A DNA stretch of 64,000 bases from assembly GCA_965208595.1 (NCBI GenBank), contig OZ242346.1, positions 2,112,735 through 2,176,734 of the forward strand, given 5' to 3'. Of the stretch, positions 9,883-18,783 are shown in pieces. Under the pieces are notes generated by a model. The model searched no databases, was not told where the DNA came from, and worked only from the letters and a program-made list of their open reading frames with translations. A program made the translations under genes and the position numbers. The number at the start of each line of letters is the position of its first letter. Within the stretch, counting starts at the first letter, position 1. This DNA comes from Nitrospirales bacterium (GTDB lineage Bacteria; Nitrospirota; Nitrospiria; Nitrospirales; UBA8639).

Positions 9883-10605
9883 TTACATGCCAATTAAATG
9901 ATTCTTGATTTTACGCACGACGCGAGCATTGTGTCCGAAGTCGAAAAGGACAGACCGCAGAACAGAATCAACCCAAACGTCTACGCTCGTACGCGACGGT
10001 CCGTCAGTTTTCCATGAAATGTTGATCAGCGTGCCAGACGACCAAAACGATAGTGGAAGCTTCGCTTCGATTGTCCTTTTTCCCTTGTCAATACTAGCAA
10101 CTCTTGCTCCAAGAAGGCGCAAGGCATCCAAACAGGCCGTCATGACGTTTTCAGAATCTTCTTCTAAAGTCACCGATATCGATCTGTATACTCTTGATCG
10201 CTGATTTTTTTTGCTGATCCATAGAACAACTCCGATTCCTAGGGTTATTCCGATGACAAGCTCTATCAGCAAATATAGGTTGAAGCCACTGATAAGAAGG
10301 AGAATGATGATGTAGCCTAATCCAAAGATACCAAAAAGCCCGGCAATTCGTTTTGGCTTCCAATAGGTCATGTTGACAGAAGGATCATGGACAGAAAGAA
10401 CTCGTGCATTTCGGCATACCTTGGCGCGCGCGATTTGAGTTTTGGTCTTGTATGAGAGCCAATTGAAGAGTGGAGCTTGGAGATTTCCGAGCATGGCAAT
10501 GAAAACTATAGATACGCCTATGAAACAGAGAAGTGGGTTTGTGTGCTCTCCTTGATCTCCACAAAGTTTATTAAGTGAATTTATGAAATCTGCCAAAAGG
10601 TTCAT
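9883..10605 (-). CDS. Three-TM membrane protein with a roughly 100-aa soluble C-terminal domain
   Basis: The hydrophobic segments are LLCFIGVSIVFIAMLG, IAGLFGIFGLGYIIILLLISGF and LYLLIELVIGITLGIGVVLWI. It starts 37 nt after the accA stop. Confidence 0.65.
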   Translation of the reverse strand: MNLLADFINSLNKLCGDQGEHTNPLLCFIGVSIVFIAMLGNLQAPLFNWLSYKTKTQIARAKVCRNARVLSVHDPSVNMTYWKPKRIAGLFGIFGLGYIIILLLISGFNLYLLIELVIGITLGIGVVLWISKKNQRSRVYRSISVTLEEDSENVMTACLDALRLLGARVASIDKGKRTIEAKLPLSFWSSGTLINISWKTDGPSRTSVDVWVDSVLRSVLFDFGHNARVVRKIKNHLIGM

Positions 10606-10642
10606 GCCCGACTTTCCATTTTTTATGATCGATCTGTTTTCA

Positions 10643-11596
10643 TCAGACGTCGCCCAACGAGGCCATTTGGCGGAATTTTTCGTAGCGCTTGGCGAGGAGT
10701 TGGTCCGTGGACGTGGTGAGGAGTTGATTCAGTTGAGTGTGGAGGGTTTGGGCGAGGGATTGACTGGTGCCTTCCACGTCGCGATGCGCCCCTCCGAGTG
10801 GCTCGGGTACGACTTCGTCGGCAATACCCAGTTTAAGCAGTTCCGCGCCGGTCATTTTCAGGGCCGCGGCTGCGGCTTGCGTCTTGGTCGCATCTTCCCA
10901 GAGGATGGCCGCGCACCCTTCCGGGGAAATGACCGAGTAGATCGAGTGTTCCAGCATTACGATCCGGTCGGCCACGCCCAAGCCCAATGCCCCGCCGCTT
11001 CCCCCTTCTCCCGTGATGATGGCCACGATCGGCACCCTGAGCCGGGACATCGAGAACAGGTTTCTGGCAATGGCCCTGGCTTGGCCGCGTTCCTCGGCTC
11101 CGATGCCGGGATAGGCGCCAGGCGTATCGATGAACGTGACGACCGGGCGTTTGAATTTCTCGGCCAATTGCATCAACCGCAGGGCTTTGCGATAGCCTTC
11201 GGGATTGGCCATGCCGAAATTTCGTTTGACCCGTTCCTTGAAGCTCTGTCCTTTTTCATGACCGATGACGCAAATGGACCGGCCGCGGAACGTGGCAAAG
11301 CCGCCGACGACGGCCTTGTCGTCTCCGAAGGTTCGGTCGCCGTGGAGTTCGAAAAAGTCGTCGCACATGTGCTTCATGTAGTCCAAGATCGATGGGCGTT
11401 GGGGATGGCGGGCGATTTGCGTTTGCTGCCAGGGGGTCAGGTTGCCGAAGATTTCCTGCTCTGTCTTGGTCAGCCGGGCCTGGAGAATGCGGATCAGCCG
11501 CGGGACGGCTTTTTTCTCGGTCCCGGATTTCTTAAGCTTCTCAATCCGTTCCTCGAGTTCTTTCAACGGCTTTTCGAATTCCAGAAAATCACGCAT
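10643..11596 (-). CDS. accA: Acetyl-CoA carboxylase carboxyltransferase alpha subunit
   Basis: Full-length AccA pattern: 'LDFEKP...TPWQQTQIARHPQRP', 'GRSICVIGHEKG', 'TFIDTPGAYPG'. Confidence 0.95.
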   Translation of the reverse strand: MRDFLEFEKPLKELEERIEKLKKSGTEKKAVPRLIRILQARLTKTEQEIFGNLTPWQQTQIARHPQRPSILDYMKHMCDDFFELHGDRTFGDDKAVVGGFATFRGRSICVIGHEKGQSFKERVKRNFGMANPEGYRKALRLMQLAEKFKRPVVTFIDTPGAYPGIGAEERGQARAIARNLFSMSRLRVPIVAIITGEGGSGGALGLGVADRIVMLEHSIYSVISPEGCAAILWEDATKTQAAAAALKMTGAELLKLGIADEVVPEPLGGAHRDVEGTSQSLAQTLHTQLNQLLTTSTDQLLAKRYEKFRQMASLGDV

Positions 11597-11617
11597 GGCG
11601 GACTCGTTTGGGACGCG

Positions 11618-14600
11618 TCAATGAAACGTGACGGTCTCTTTCCCGAGAATTTGCTCGACCTCATACACCAGGTCCGAACTCGGCAACACGCCTAAATTCG
11701 GCAACGGGGCACTCTCCGCGTGCACCTGGGAACCCAGATGGAAGTGAAAGGCGACCGGGGCCGGCCCCGGGTGACGGTGTAACACTTCGTGCAGTTTGGG
11801 GAGTTTGCCCCACGTGTCCGGCGTTTCCGCGAGTTGGACCACGACCTGTTTCACCGTCCTGGCTTGCAGATCGTGCAAGGGCTCCAGTTTGGTGGCCTTG
11901 AGACGGGCGCCCGTATCCATGTGATCCACAGTGCCGGCCGCCTGGATGACGGTATCCGCATTCAGAAACTCCGCACAGTTTTGAAACAGTTCGGGAAACA
12001 CGATGACTTCGACCAAACCCTGCAAGTCTTCCAATTGGACGTAAGCCATCCGGTTCCCTTTTTTGGTGGTGGTGAGTTTGACGCTGCCGATCACCCCGCA
12101 GATTTTGATTTCCCGACCTTCGTGCGCCTCGTGGAGCGTGGCCGTGGTATGCGTCGACAGCAGGCGGATGGCTTCGGCGTGTTGGGTCAACGGATGCGCG
12201 GTGATGTAGAATCCGGTGAGTTCCCGTTCAAATTGGAGGATTTGTGCCTGCTGCCATTCGTCGATCGCGGGCAGCGGTCGGATCAGGGCGTCCGAGTCCG
12301 AAGAATCTGATTCCACGGTTCCGAACAAGGACGTCTGTCCCAAGGCGCGCTCCCTTTGAATGGCGCTGGCTTCATCCAGTGTTAGTTCCATGATTGCCGT
12401 CAATTGAGCCCGTTTTGCCCCCATGGAGTCAAATGCGCCGACCTTGATCAAGCCCTCGATCACGCGCTTGTTGACCTTGTGCAGGTCGATCCGGCAACAG
12501 AAATCGAAGAAGGACGAGAAGGCCCCCTCGGCTTCCCGGCGCGCGATGATGGATTCAATGGCGCTGCCGCCGACGTTTTTGATGGCCGCCAGCCCGAATC
12601 GAATCCCCCCCTCCACGATGGTAAAGTTTTTCTGGCTCTCATTCGCGTCCGGCGGGAGGATGGGAATTCCGCGTTCACGACATTCGGTAAAATAGCCCAC
12701 CATCTTGTCCGTGTTCCCCATTTCGCTCGTGAGGAGCGCGGCCATGAATTCGGTGGGATGATGCGCCTTCAGGTAGGCCGTTTGGAAGGTCACCAGGGCA
12801 TAGGCCGCGGAATGGGATTTGTTGAATCCGTACCCGGCAAAGTACGCCATCTGGTCGAAGATCTTTTCGGCTTTCTTTTCCGTGAACCCCTTGGCCTTGG
12901 CCCCGTTGAGAAACAACTCTTTTTGCTTGGCCATTTCTTCGGGTTTTTTCTTCCCCATGGCCCGGCGCAGCAAATCGGCTTGCCCCAAACTGAACCCGGC
13001 CATGAGATTGGCAATGGCCATGACCTGTTCCTGATAGACCATGACCCCGTAGGTTTCCTTGAGAATGGGTTCCACCGCCGGAGGGTCGTACGCAATTTTC
13101 AAGGGATCGCGTTTCCGTTTGATGAAGTCATCCACCATGCCGCTTTCCAACGGGCCCGGCCGGTAAAGGGCGAGGATCGCGATGAGATCTTCGAAGCATT
13201 CTGGTTTGATGCGGACCAATAAATTGCGCATGCCCGAACTTTCCAGTTGGAAGATCCCGGAAGTCTTGCCGGAGGCCAGGAGTGCATAGGTCTTTTCGTC
13301 ATTCAAAGGAAGCTGTTCAATATCAAGGTGTTTTTCGGGGGGTTGGTTCTGGTTCACCATGGTCACGGCATGGTGAATCATGGTGAGGGTTTTCAGCCCG
13401 AGAAAATCAAACTTTACCAGCCCCACTTTTTCGATGTCCGTCATCGAGTATTGCGTGACGATTTCGTTGTTGGCCGTTTTGTACAACGGTACGTGTTCGA
13501 TCAGGGGCTTCTGTGAAATCACCACGCCCGCGGCGTGCGTGGAGGCATGTCGCGCCAAGCCTTCGAGGGCTTGGGCCGTTTCCATGAGTTCCTTCATCCG
13601 CGCATCACCATCGACCAGTTCTTGCAGGCGCGGCTCCTGGGTCAAGGCATCTTTCAAGGTGATGTTGAGTTGCGTCGGCACGAGTTTGGCGACGCGGTCC
13701 ACTTCGGCGTAGGGAATATCCATCACGCGCCCCACGTCCCGGATTGCGGCTTTGGCGCCCAGCGTCCCGAACGTGATGATCTGGCACACGTGGTCCTCGC
13801 CGTACTTGTCGATCACGTAATTGATGACTTCGCCCCGGCGGTCCATGCAGAAATCCATGTCGATGTCCGGCATGCTCACGCGTTCGGGATTGAGGAACCG
13901 TTCAAAAAGCAGGTTGTACGCGAGCGGATCCAGGTCGGTGATGGCGAGGGCATAGGCGATCAAACTGCCGGCCGCCGACCCCCGTCCGGGTCCCACGGGA
14001 ATGCCGCGTGACCGGGCAAATTTGATGATGTCCCAGACCACCAGGAAATAGCCGGCGTAGCCCATCTGGGTGAGTACGGCCAATTCTTCCTGAAGGCGGA
14101 GTTGGTAGGCCTCAGGCGGCTGGCTCGCAGGCCGGGCCGCCAGGCGCTGGGCCAAGCCCTCCTTGGCCTGGGTCTCCAAATAGGTTTCATGGGTGAATCC
14201 CTCGGGCACCTGGTAGTGGGGGAGCGATAAGGCGTTGTCGGTCAGGTTCAGCCCGCATTGTTCCGCGATGCGACAGGTATTCAGCACGGCCTCCGGGAGT
14301 TCGGAAAACTCCGCGACCATTTCGGCCGTGGACTTGACGTACAGTTGGTCGGTATCGAACTTCATGCGGTTGGTGTCGCTCAGCGTTTTCCCTGTTTGCA
14401 GGCACAGCATGATTTCATGCGGGCGCGCGTCTTCTTTTTTCAAGTAGTGGCAGTCGTTGGTTCCCACCAACGGAATGCCGAGTTTCTTGTGGATCTCCAC
14501 GAGGCCCCGGTTGGCGATCAGTTGATGATCGAGCCCATTGGCCTGGACTTCGAGATAATAATGGTCTTTCCCGAAGATCTCGCGGTATTCTCCGGCGGTT

Positions 14601-15076
14601 TGCGCGGCTTTTTCCATGTCCCGTTGGCCGATGAGATAGGGCACCTCCCCGCTCAAACACCCGGATAAGGCAATGAGCCCCTCGTGGTGTTCCTGCAGGA
14701 GTTCCTTATCCATCCGGGGTTTGTAATAAAACCCTTCGAGATAGGCCTTGCTCGACAGTTTGATGAGGTTATGGTAGCCCTTGAGACTGGTGGCCAGCAG
14801 AATCAAATGATAGTAGTCGTTGTGGGCCAACAGGCCTTCGCGTTGTCGCCGGCTGCCGGGCGCGAGATAGGCTTCACACCCGATGATGGGCTTCACCCCT
14901 TGGGCCGTGGCCTTTTCGTAGAAATCGATGGCGCCGAAGAGGTTGCCGTGGTCCGTGATGGCGAGCGCGGGCTGTTGAAATTCCCGGACCTGCCTGAGAA
15001 GCGGATTCAGTTGATTTGCGCCGTCCAGCAGGCTGTACTGGGTGTGGAGGTGCAGATGAACGAATTGAGAAGACAA
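11618..15076 (-). CDS. dnaE: DNA polymerase III alpha subunit
   Basis: The PHP-domain N-terminus is 'FVHLHLHTQYSLLDGA', and the Pol III alpha core, HhH and OB regions are present. A TTG at 15076 preceded by AAGGAA gives the canonical start 'MSSQFVHLH'. The ORF extension to 15172 is translated REP-C repeat. Confidence 0.95.
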   Translation of the reverse strand: MSSQFVHLHLHTQYSLLDGANQLNPLLRQVREFQQPALAITDHGNLFGAIDFYEKATAQGVKPIIGCEAYLAPGSRRQREGLLAHNDYYHLILLATSLKGYHNLIKLSSKAYLEGFYYKPRMDKELLQEHHEGLIALSGCLSGEVPYLIGQRDMEKAAQTAGEYREIFGKDHYYLEVQANGLDHQLIANRGLVEIHKKLGIPLVGTNDCHYLKKEDARPHEIMLCLQTGKTLSDTNRMKFDTDQLYVKSTAEMVAEFSELPEAVLNTCRIAEQCGLNLTDNALSLPHYQVPEGFTHETYLETQAKEGLAQRLAARPASQPPEAYQLRLQEELAVLTQMGYAGYFLVVWDIIKFARSRGIPVGPGRGSAAGSLIAYALAITDLDPLAYNLLFERFLNPERVSMPDIDMDFCMDRRGEVINYVIDKYGEDHVCQIITFGTLGAKAAIRDVGRVMDIPYAEVDRVAKLVPTQLNITLKDALTQEPRLQELVDGDARMKELMETAQALEGLARHASTHAAGVVISQKPLIEHVPLYKTANNEIVTQYSMTDIEKVGLVKFDFLGLKTLTMIHHAVTMVNQNQPPEKHLDIEQLPLNDEKTYALLASGKTSGIFQLESSGMRNLLVRIKPECFEDLIAILALYRPGPLESGMVDDFIKRKRDPLKIAYDPPAVEPILKETYGVMVYQEQVMAIANLMAGFSLGQADLLRRAMGKKKPEEMAKQKELFLNGAKAKGFTEKKAEKIFDQMAYFAGYGFNKSHSAAYALVTFQTAYLKAHHPTEFMAALLTSEMGNTDKMVGYFTECRERGIPILPPDANESQKNFTIVEGGIRFGLAAIKNVGGSAIESIIARREAEGAFSSFFDFCCRIDLHKVNKRVIEGLIKVGAFDSMGAKRAQLTAIMELTLDEASAIQRERALGQTSLFGTVESDSSDSDALIRPLPAIDEWQQAQILQFERELTGFYITAHPLTQHAEAIRLLSTHTTATLHEAHEGREIKICGVIGSVKLTTTKKGNRMAYVQLEDLQGLVEVIVFPELFQNCAEFLNADTVIQAAGTVDHMDTGARLKATKLEPLHDLQARTVKQVVVQLAETPDTWGKLPKLHEVLHRHPGPAPVAFHFHLGSQVHAESAPLPNLGVLPSSDLVYEVEQILGKETVTFH

Positions 15077-15106
15077 GGGGGAACATTCCTTAGCTGACGA
15101 CAGCCC

Positions 15107-15146
15107 GCCCTTCGACCCTTCGACAAGCTCAGGGCTCAGGACAGGC
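15107..15146. repeat. REP-C element, a partly duplicated copy
   Basis: cccttcgacccttcgacaagctcagggctcaggacaggcc. Confidence 0.75.
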
Positions 15147-15267
15147 CTAAAAGAGCTTCCCGGAGTCCCCAAAAATTCTAACCCCGGCTCTGGGTGCTGT
15201 CAATGAAGGTGCCCGTCTCAACCGGGATGCCGGGGAGACGGGACCGTGACTGGATTGAACGTTTCGG

Positions 15268-15765
15268 CTATTGCCCCAAACTCAGTTCGTATAATAGCGC
15301 CTTCCAGCCTTGTTCTTCCGTAATGAACCCTTTGGGCTGGACAACGGGGAGCATGCCGGTACCCGGGACCCGACCGGATTGGCCCATGCTGCCGTTTTTC
15401 AAAATCCACATCAGTTCGCCGGGTGTGCGTAATTTATGAAATTTCGGATTCGTGAAGTTGCGGGGTTGAATCGGCAGGTTTTTGGCGGCTGCTCCGTCGC
15501 CCTTGCCTTCGGGGCCGTGGCAACTGATGCACCCTCCCATTCCCAGGAAGATGGCTTTGCCTTCCGCCAGGATTTCCGGCGTCGCTTCAAATGGTGGTTT
15601 GACTTTCTTGGCTTTGGCCAAATGACCGGCCGGCACACGGGGAATCCTGATGTCGTATTCACCGCCGGCTTGCCCGTATCCGGTCGGATTCACGCTCCAG
15701 GCCACTCCTGAAAAGCTCACGAACAACCCGGCACTCAACGCGACGCATAACACACTTCTTCTCAC
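15268..15765 (-). CDS. Mono-haem c-type cytochrome, exported
   Basis: It has a signal peptide and the haem motif 'CISCHG'. The C-terminal block 'RNFTNPKFHKLRTPGELMWILKNGS' is shared with the ORFs at 53557 and 54117. Confidence 0.8.
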   Translation of the reverse strand: MRRSVLCVALSAGLFVSFSGVAWSVNPTGYGQAGGEYDIRIPRVPAGHLAKAKKVKPPFEATPEILAEGKAIFLGMGGCISCHGPEGKGDGAAAKNLPIQPRNFTNPKFHKLRTPGELMWILKNGSMGQSGRVPGTGMLPVVQPKGFITEEQGWKALLYELSLGQ

Positions 15766-15834
15766 GGCACTTTCCTCCTCGATGAATTGATGAATGATGC
15801 AGTGGCTTCGGACGTTTTTACTCTAACCACTGTT

Positions 15835-15858
15835 GTAGGGGCAACCCCCTGTGGTTGC
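15835..15858. repeat. REP-D hairpin
   Basis: gtaggg-gcaacc-ccctgt-ggttgc. It is a paralogue of 55883-55908 with compensatory stem changes. Confidence 0.65.
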
Positions 15859-15875
15859 TTTGGATGCTTCCTAGC

Positions 15876-15932
15876 TCCTTCTCCCCTTTCCGCTTTCAGC
15901 GAGAAAGAGGGAGAGGGTTGGGGTGAGGGGGG
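15876..15932 (+). repeat. REP-A element, subfamily A1, with a G-quadruplex-type tail
   Basis: ...gggagagggttggggtgagggggg, giving G3-N3-G3-N2-G4-N3-G6. Confidence 0.8.
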
Positions 15933-16036
15933 AAGGTTTTATGCTAGAATGCGGACCGACCCATTCGGGACGGCACTGTGGTTGTCCTCTACGGCCGAGA
16001 ACATGACTCTGACACGAACATTCCGGGGGCGCAGCT

Positions 16037-16654
16037 ATGCCTTTTGATGAGCGGGCCAAGGTTCGCTATTTCTCGGGCATGCGTCGCCGGATCGCCGAGT
16101 TGCGAGCCCAAGCGGAACGCAGTCTGGATTTTGCCATCGACACGATGATGTTGGAACGCCCCGAGAGTTACTTCAAGGTTGAGACCGGTCTGACGGAAGT
16201 CGAACGGATGGTGACGCTCATCGAAGAGGAATTGGATGACGTCCGGGAACTGACCCACGCCCAGCGTCTGGAAGCCCGCCTCGAATTCATTGAGGATCGC
16301 TTTGAGGATTTCGACAGCGAAATCTATCAACGTCCCAAGCGACGCCGGCGAAAGATCAACCTGTTTGATTTCTTCAAGAAAGCCACGGGAAGCGGCGAGG
16401 TTACGGCTTCTCAAGGAGAAATCAATTCTCACCAGGAAGCGTATGAGGCTTTGGGTCTGGACTTCGGGAGTTCGATGACGGCGGTGACCCGCGCCTTTCG
16501 TCAAAAAGCCAAAAAGCTCCATCCCGATATCAATAAGGGTGACCGTAGCGCCGAACCCGAACTGCGGCGCATCATCGAGGCGTACCAGTTTCTCAGGGCG
16601 GATTCCAGTATCCCGCGCACCGAAGCCCACGGCACGGAAAACCAAGCGCGGTAA
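16037..16654 (+). CDS. J-domain (DnaJ-like) protein with the J-domain at the C-terminus
   Basis: 'EAYEALGLDFGSSMTAVTRAFRQKAKKLHPDINKGD' contains the HPD motif. Confidence 0.75.
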   Translation: MPFDERAKVRYFSGMRRRIAELRAQAERSLDFAIDTMMLERPESYFKVETGLTEVERMVTLIEEELDDVRELTHAQRLEARLEFIEDRFEDFDSEIYQRPKRRRRKINLFDFFKKATGSGEVTASQGEINSHQEAYEALGLDFGSSMTAVTRAFRQKAKKLHPDINKGDRSAEPELRRIIEAYQFLRADSSIPRTEAHGTENQAR

Positions 16655-16691
16655 AGTCCTGCGACGTCAGGGCTGTAAAGATTCACTAATA

Positions 16692-16730
16692 CCTCTACCT
16701 CCCCTTGCCCCTCCTTACAAAGAAGGGGAA
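16692..16730. repeat. Intact REP-B element, the empty-site paralogue of the IS110 target
   Basis: cctctacctccccttgcccctcCTTacaaagaaggggaa. Confidence 0.85.
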
Positions 16731-16773
16731 TAAGAGAGCGTAGGTCGGGGTAGTCCAGGGGATGATCGCACGC

Positions 16774-17136
16774 TCACGGCCCTTCCCAGAGTTGCTTCAC
16801 CGTTTCCGCCGGCCGGGCAAGGATCACCGTTTGGCCTTGTTCGACCAAAGGGCGCTGGAGCAGGTCCGGATGAGCAATCATCAATCCGATCAATTCATCT
16901 TCGGACTTTTCGGCTTTGGCCAGGCCCAAGGCTTTGTATTTCTCTTCTTTCGTGCGCAACACGTCCCGGGCCTTGAGGCCACCCTTTTTCAGGAGCTCTT
17001 TGAGTCGGGTTTTCGCCAACGGCGTTTCGTAGTAATTGACGGCCGTAAACGCGTGCCCACTTTCCTGAACGATCTTCAGGACTTGCCGGCACGTCGAACA
17101 CGTCGGTTTCTGGTAGATGGTGATGGGTGCCATCAT
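16774..17136 (-). CDS. ArsC/Spx-family (YffB-like) thioredoxin-fold protein
   Basis: 'ITIYQKPTCSTCRQ' at the N-terminus, and a length of about 120 aa. Confidence 0.8.
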   Translation of the reverse strand: MMAPITIYQKPTCSTCRQVLKIVQESGHAFTAVNYYETPLAKTRLKELLKKGGLKARDVLRTKEEKYKALGLAKAEKSEDELIGLMIAHPDLLQRPLVEQGQTVILARPAETVKQLWEGP

Positions 17137-17243
17137 CTTCCCCTTTCAGGAAATGTGCGCGTTATCTTGACGGATTTTTTTTGCGCGTGCTACAAGTTGG
17201 GAAGGCTTTTCCCTTAACCTTCTTGTGCGAAACTCCCGCGATT

Positions 17244-17612
17244 ATGGCAACTCCAGAGGCTCCGGAAGCGACCCAATTTGAGGTAGCAGTGGATTCCCAC
17301 CGCACATTAAAAGATCTTCGTGCACGCCAACCCGGACAGCCTGTTTGCGTCGTGGGATCCGGTGACGATCGGAAAGGCAGAGAAGCCGTCTTTCAACATT
17401 TCAACGTGCGTTTGGCCGTCGTGAAGTTCCCCGATGGCAAAACCCTGGGCTATGATCCGCTGGATCTGTTGCTGCCGTGCGAGATTCACGAGGATGGGGA
17501 AGCGTTTTTTGAAATTCGGACCTGCGCGACGTGCAACCAGATTTTCCCTTTGACGTCGGATGAGTTTCGGGCCGAGCAGGAACGGACCGAGTGCCCCGAA
17601 TGCCAGCCGTGA
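17244..17612 (+). CDS. Hypothetical protein with a C-terminal CxxC...CxxC zinc-ribbon
   Basis: 'CATCNQ...CPECQP'. The ATG at 17244 avoids overlapping the divergent gene. Confidence 0.5.
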   Translation: MATPEAPEATQFEVAVDSHRTLKDLRARQPGQPVCVVGSGDDRKGREAVFQHFNVRLAVVKFPDGKTLGYDPLDLLLPCEIHEDGEAFFEIRTCATCNQIFPLTSDEFRAEQERTECPECQP

Positions 17613-17623
17613 TCTTCGGGGAC

Positions 17624-18475
17624 TCAGACGTCCCCCCATTTGAGTTTATTTCTTAAGACATCATAGTACGTCCGGTCGGGAAAACGGATGAGGCGCGTTC
17701 GGTGGGGTGAGGCGCTGATCGCGAGCGTGTCTTCATGCTCCATGGCAATCCCGATTTGTCCGTCGATCGTCACGGTGCCCCCCTCGTGGCTGGTCAGTTG
17801 AATTTCCAACGAGACCTGGCTGGGGACCAGGAGGGGACGGTGGGTCAGGGTATGGGGGCTGATGGGCGTCAACACCAGGGTTTCGAGACTGGGTTCCAGG
17901 ATCGGGCCGCCGGCAGACATGGAGTAGGCCGTGGATCCGGTTGGTGAGGCAATAATCAACCCGTCGCCCCGGAGCGTCGTCACGAATTGTTTGTCGACCT
18001 GAATGCTCGTGGTAATCATGCGTCCCGAAGTCCCTTTGCTGATGACCGCGTCGTTCAGTGCCGTTTGTTCCTGCCGTTCTCCGGTTTTGTGACGGACCTG
18101 GGCTTCGAGGCGCAGGCGGTGATCTACGTAGAATTCTTGCGCAAAGATTTTTTCCAGGGAGTCGTACATCGTTTCTATCGTGCTTTCCGTCAAAAACCCC
18201 AAGCCTCCCAAATTGACGCCCAGGATAGGGACGGATCGTTCTTCGACGAGCCGGGCTGCCCGCAACATCGTGCCGTCTCCGCCGAGCACGAGTACGAGGT
18301 CGGCCTCGGCGGCGATTTGCTGATCGATCTGTTGTGGGCCTTCGTGGAAATGGTCCCCGGAAGAGGAGCCGACCAGGACGGTCTTCTGTTTCCGTCCGAG
18401 CCAGTCGAGCAGCTCATCAATAAGGGGGCGAATCTCGGGAAATTGAGGCTTGGTCAGGATTCCGATGACAGTCAT
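17624..18475 (-). CDS. nadK: NAD kinase
   Basis: 'LVLVLGGDGTMLRAAR' and 'GSTAYSMSAGGPI'. I prefer the ATG at 18475 ('MTVIGILTK'). Confidence 0.9.
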   Translation of the reverse strand: MTVIGILTKPQFPEIRPLIDELLDWLGRKQKTVLVGSSSGDHFHEGPQQIDQQIAAEADLVLVLGGDGTMLRAARLVEERSVPILGVNLGGLGFLTESTIETMYDSLEKIFAQEFYVDHRLRLEAQVRHKTGERQEQTALNDAVISKGTSGRMITTSIQVDKQFVTTLRGDGLIIASPTGSTAYSMSAGGPILEPSLETLVLTPISPHTLTHRPLLVPSQVSLEIQLTSHEGGTVTIDGQIGIAMEHEDTLAISASPHRTRLIRFPDRTYYDVLRNKLKWGDV

Positions 18476-18783
18476 GAGCGACTCATGCGTTGATGAAAAA
18501 GACGGGGCAGTGAAGGGGAACTGAAACGTCGAGGCGTGCCCGCACCGCTTTGAAGTGCCGGATCTGAAATTGTATCGTTCACCACGTTCCGGAGTCAATG
18601 GAGAAATATAGTCAACAGTCAGTTCCTCTTGACGGCGGCGTCGGAATATGGAACCTTACCTATCGTACCAGCCGCGGTCTTGCCTTGACAGTTTTCAGAA
18701 GGGATGGATAGACTAACCAGCGTATGACGGTGGGATTGATCTGACGTGTACAGGGTGAGTTCTTTACCCTAAAAGGAGGGAAA

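Noticed and set aside
10583-11695. A 370-aa plus-strand ORF
   Set aside because: It is antisense to accA, which is unambiguous. This is a typical GC-rich shadow ORF. The same applies to the ORFs at 12404-13222, 20353-21246, 25312-25869, 26837-27676, 44175-44816, 51044-51667, 52696-53535, 54898-55704, 56759-57385, 57525-58148 and 58938-59528.
18606-18626. A CtsR-box-like tandem 'agtcaacagtcag' upstream of clpC
   Set aside because: The two heptads are adjacent rather than separated by the 3-nt spacer of the (A/G)GTCAAA-NAN-(A/G)GTCAAA consensus. The second half is degenerate, and no ctsR gene is nearby.
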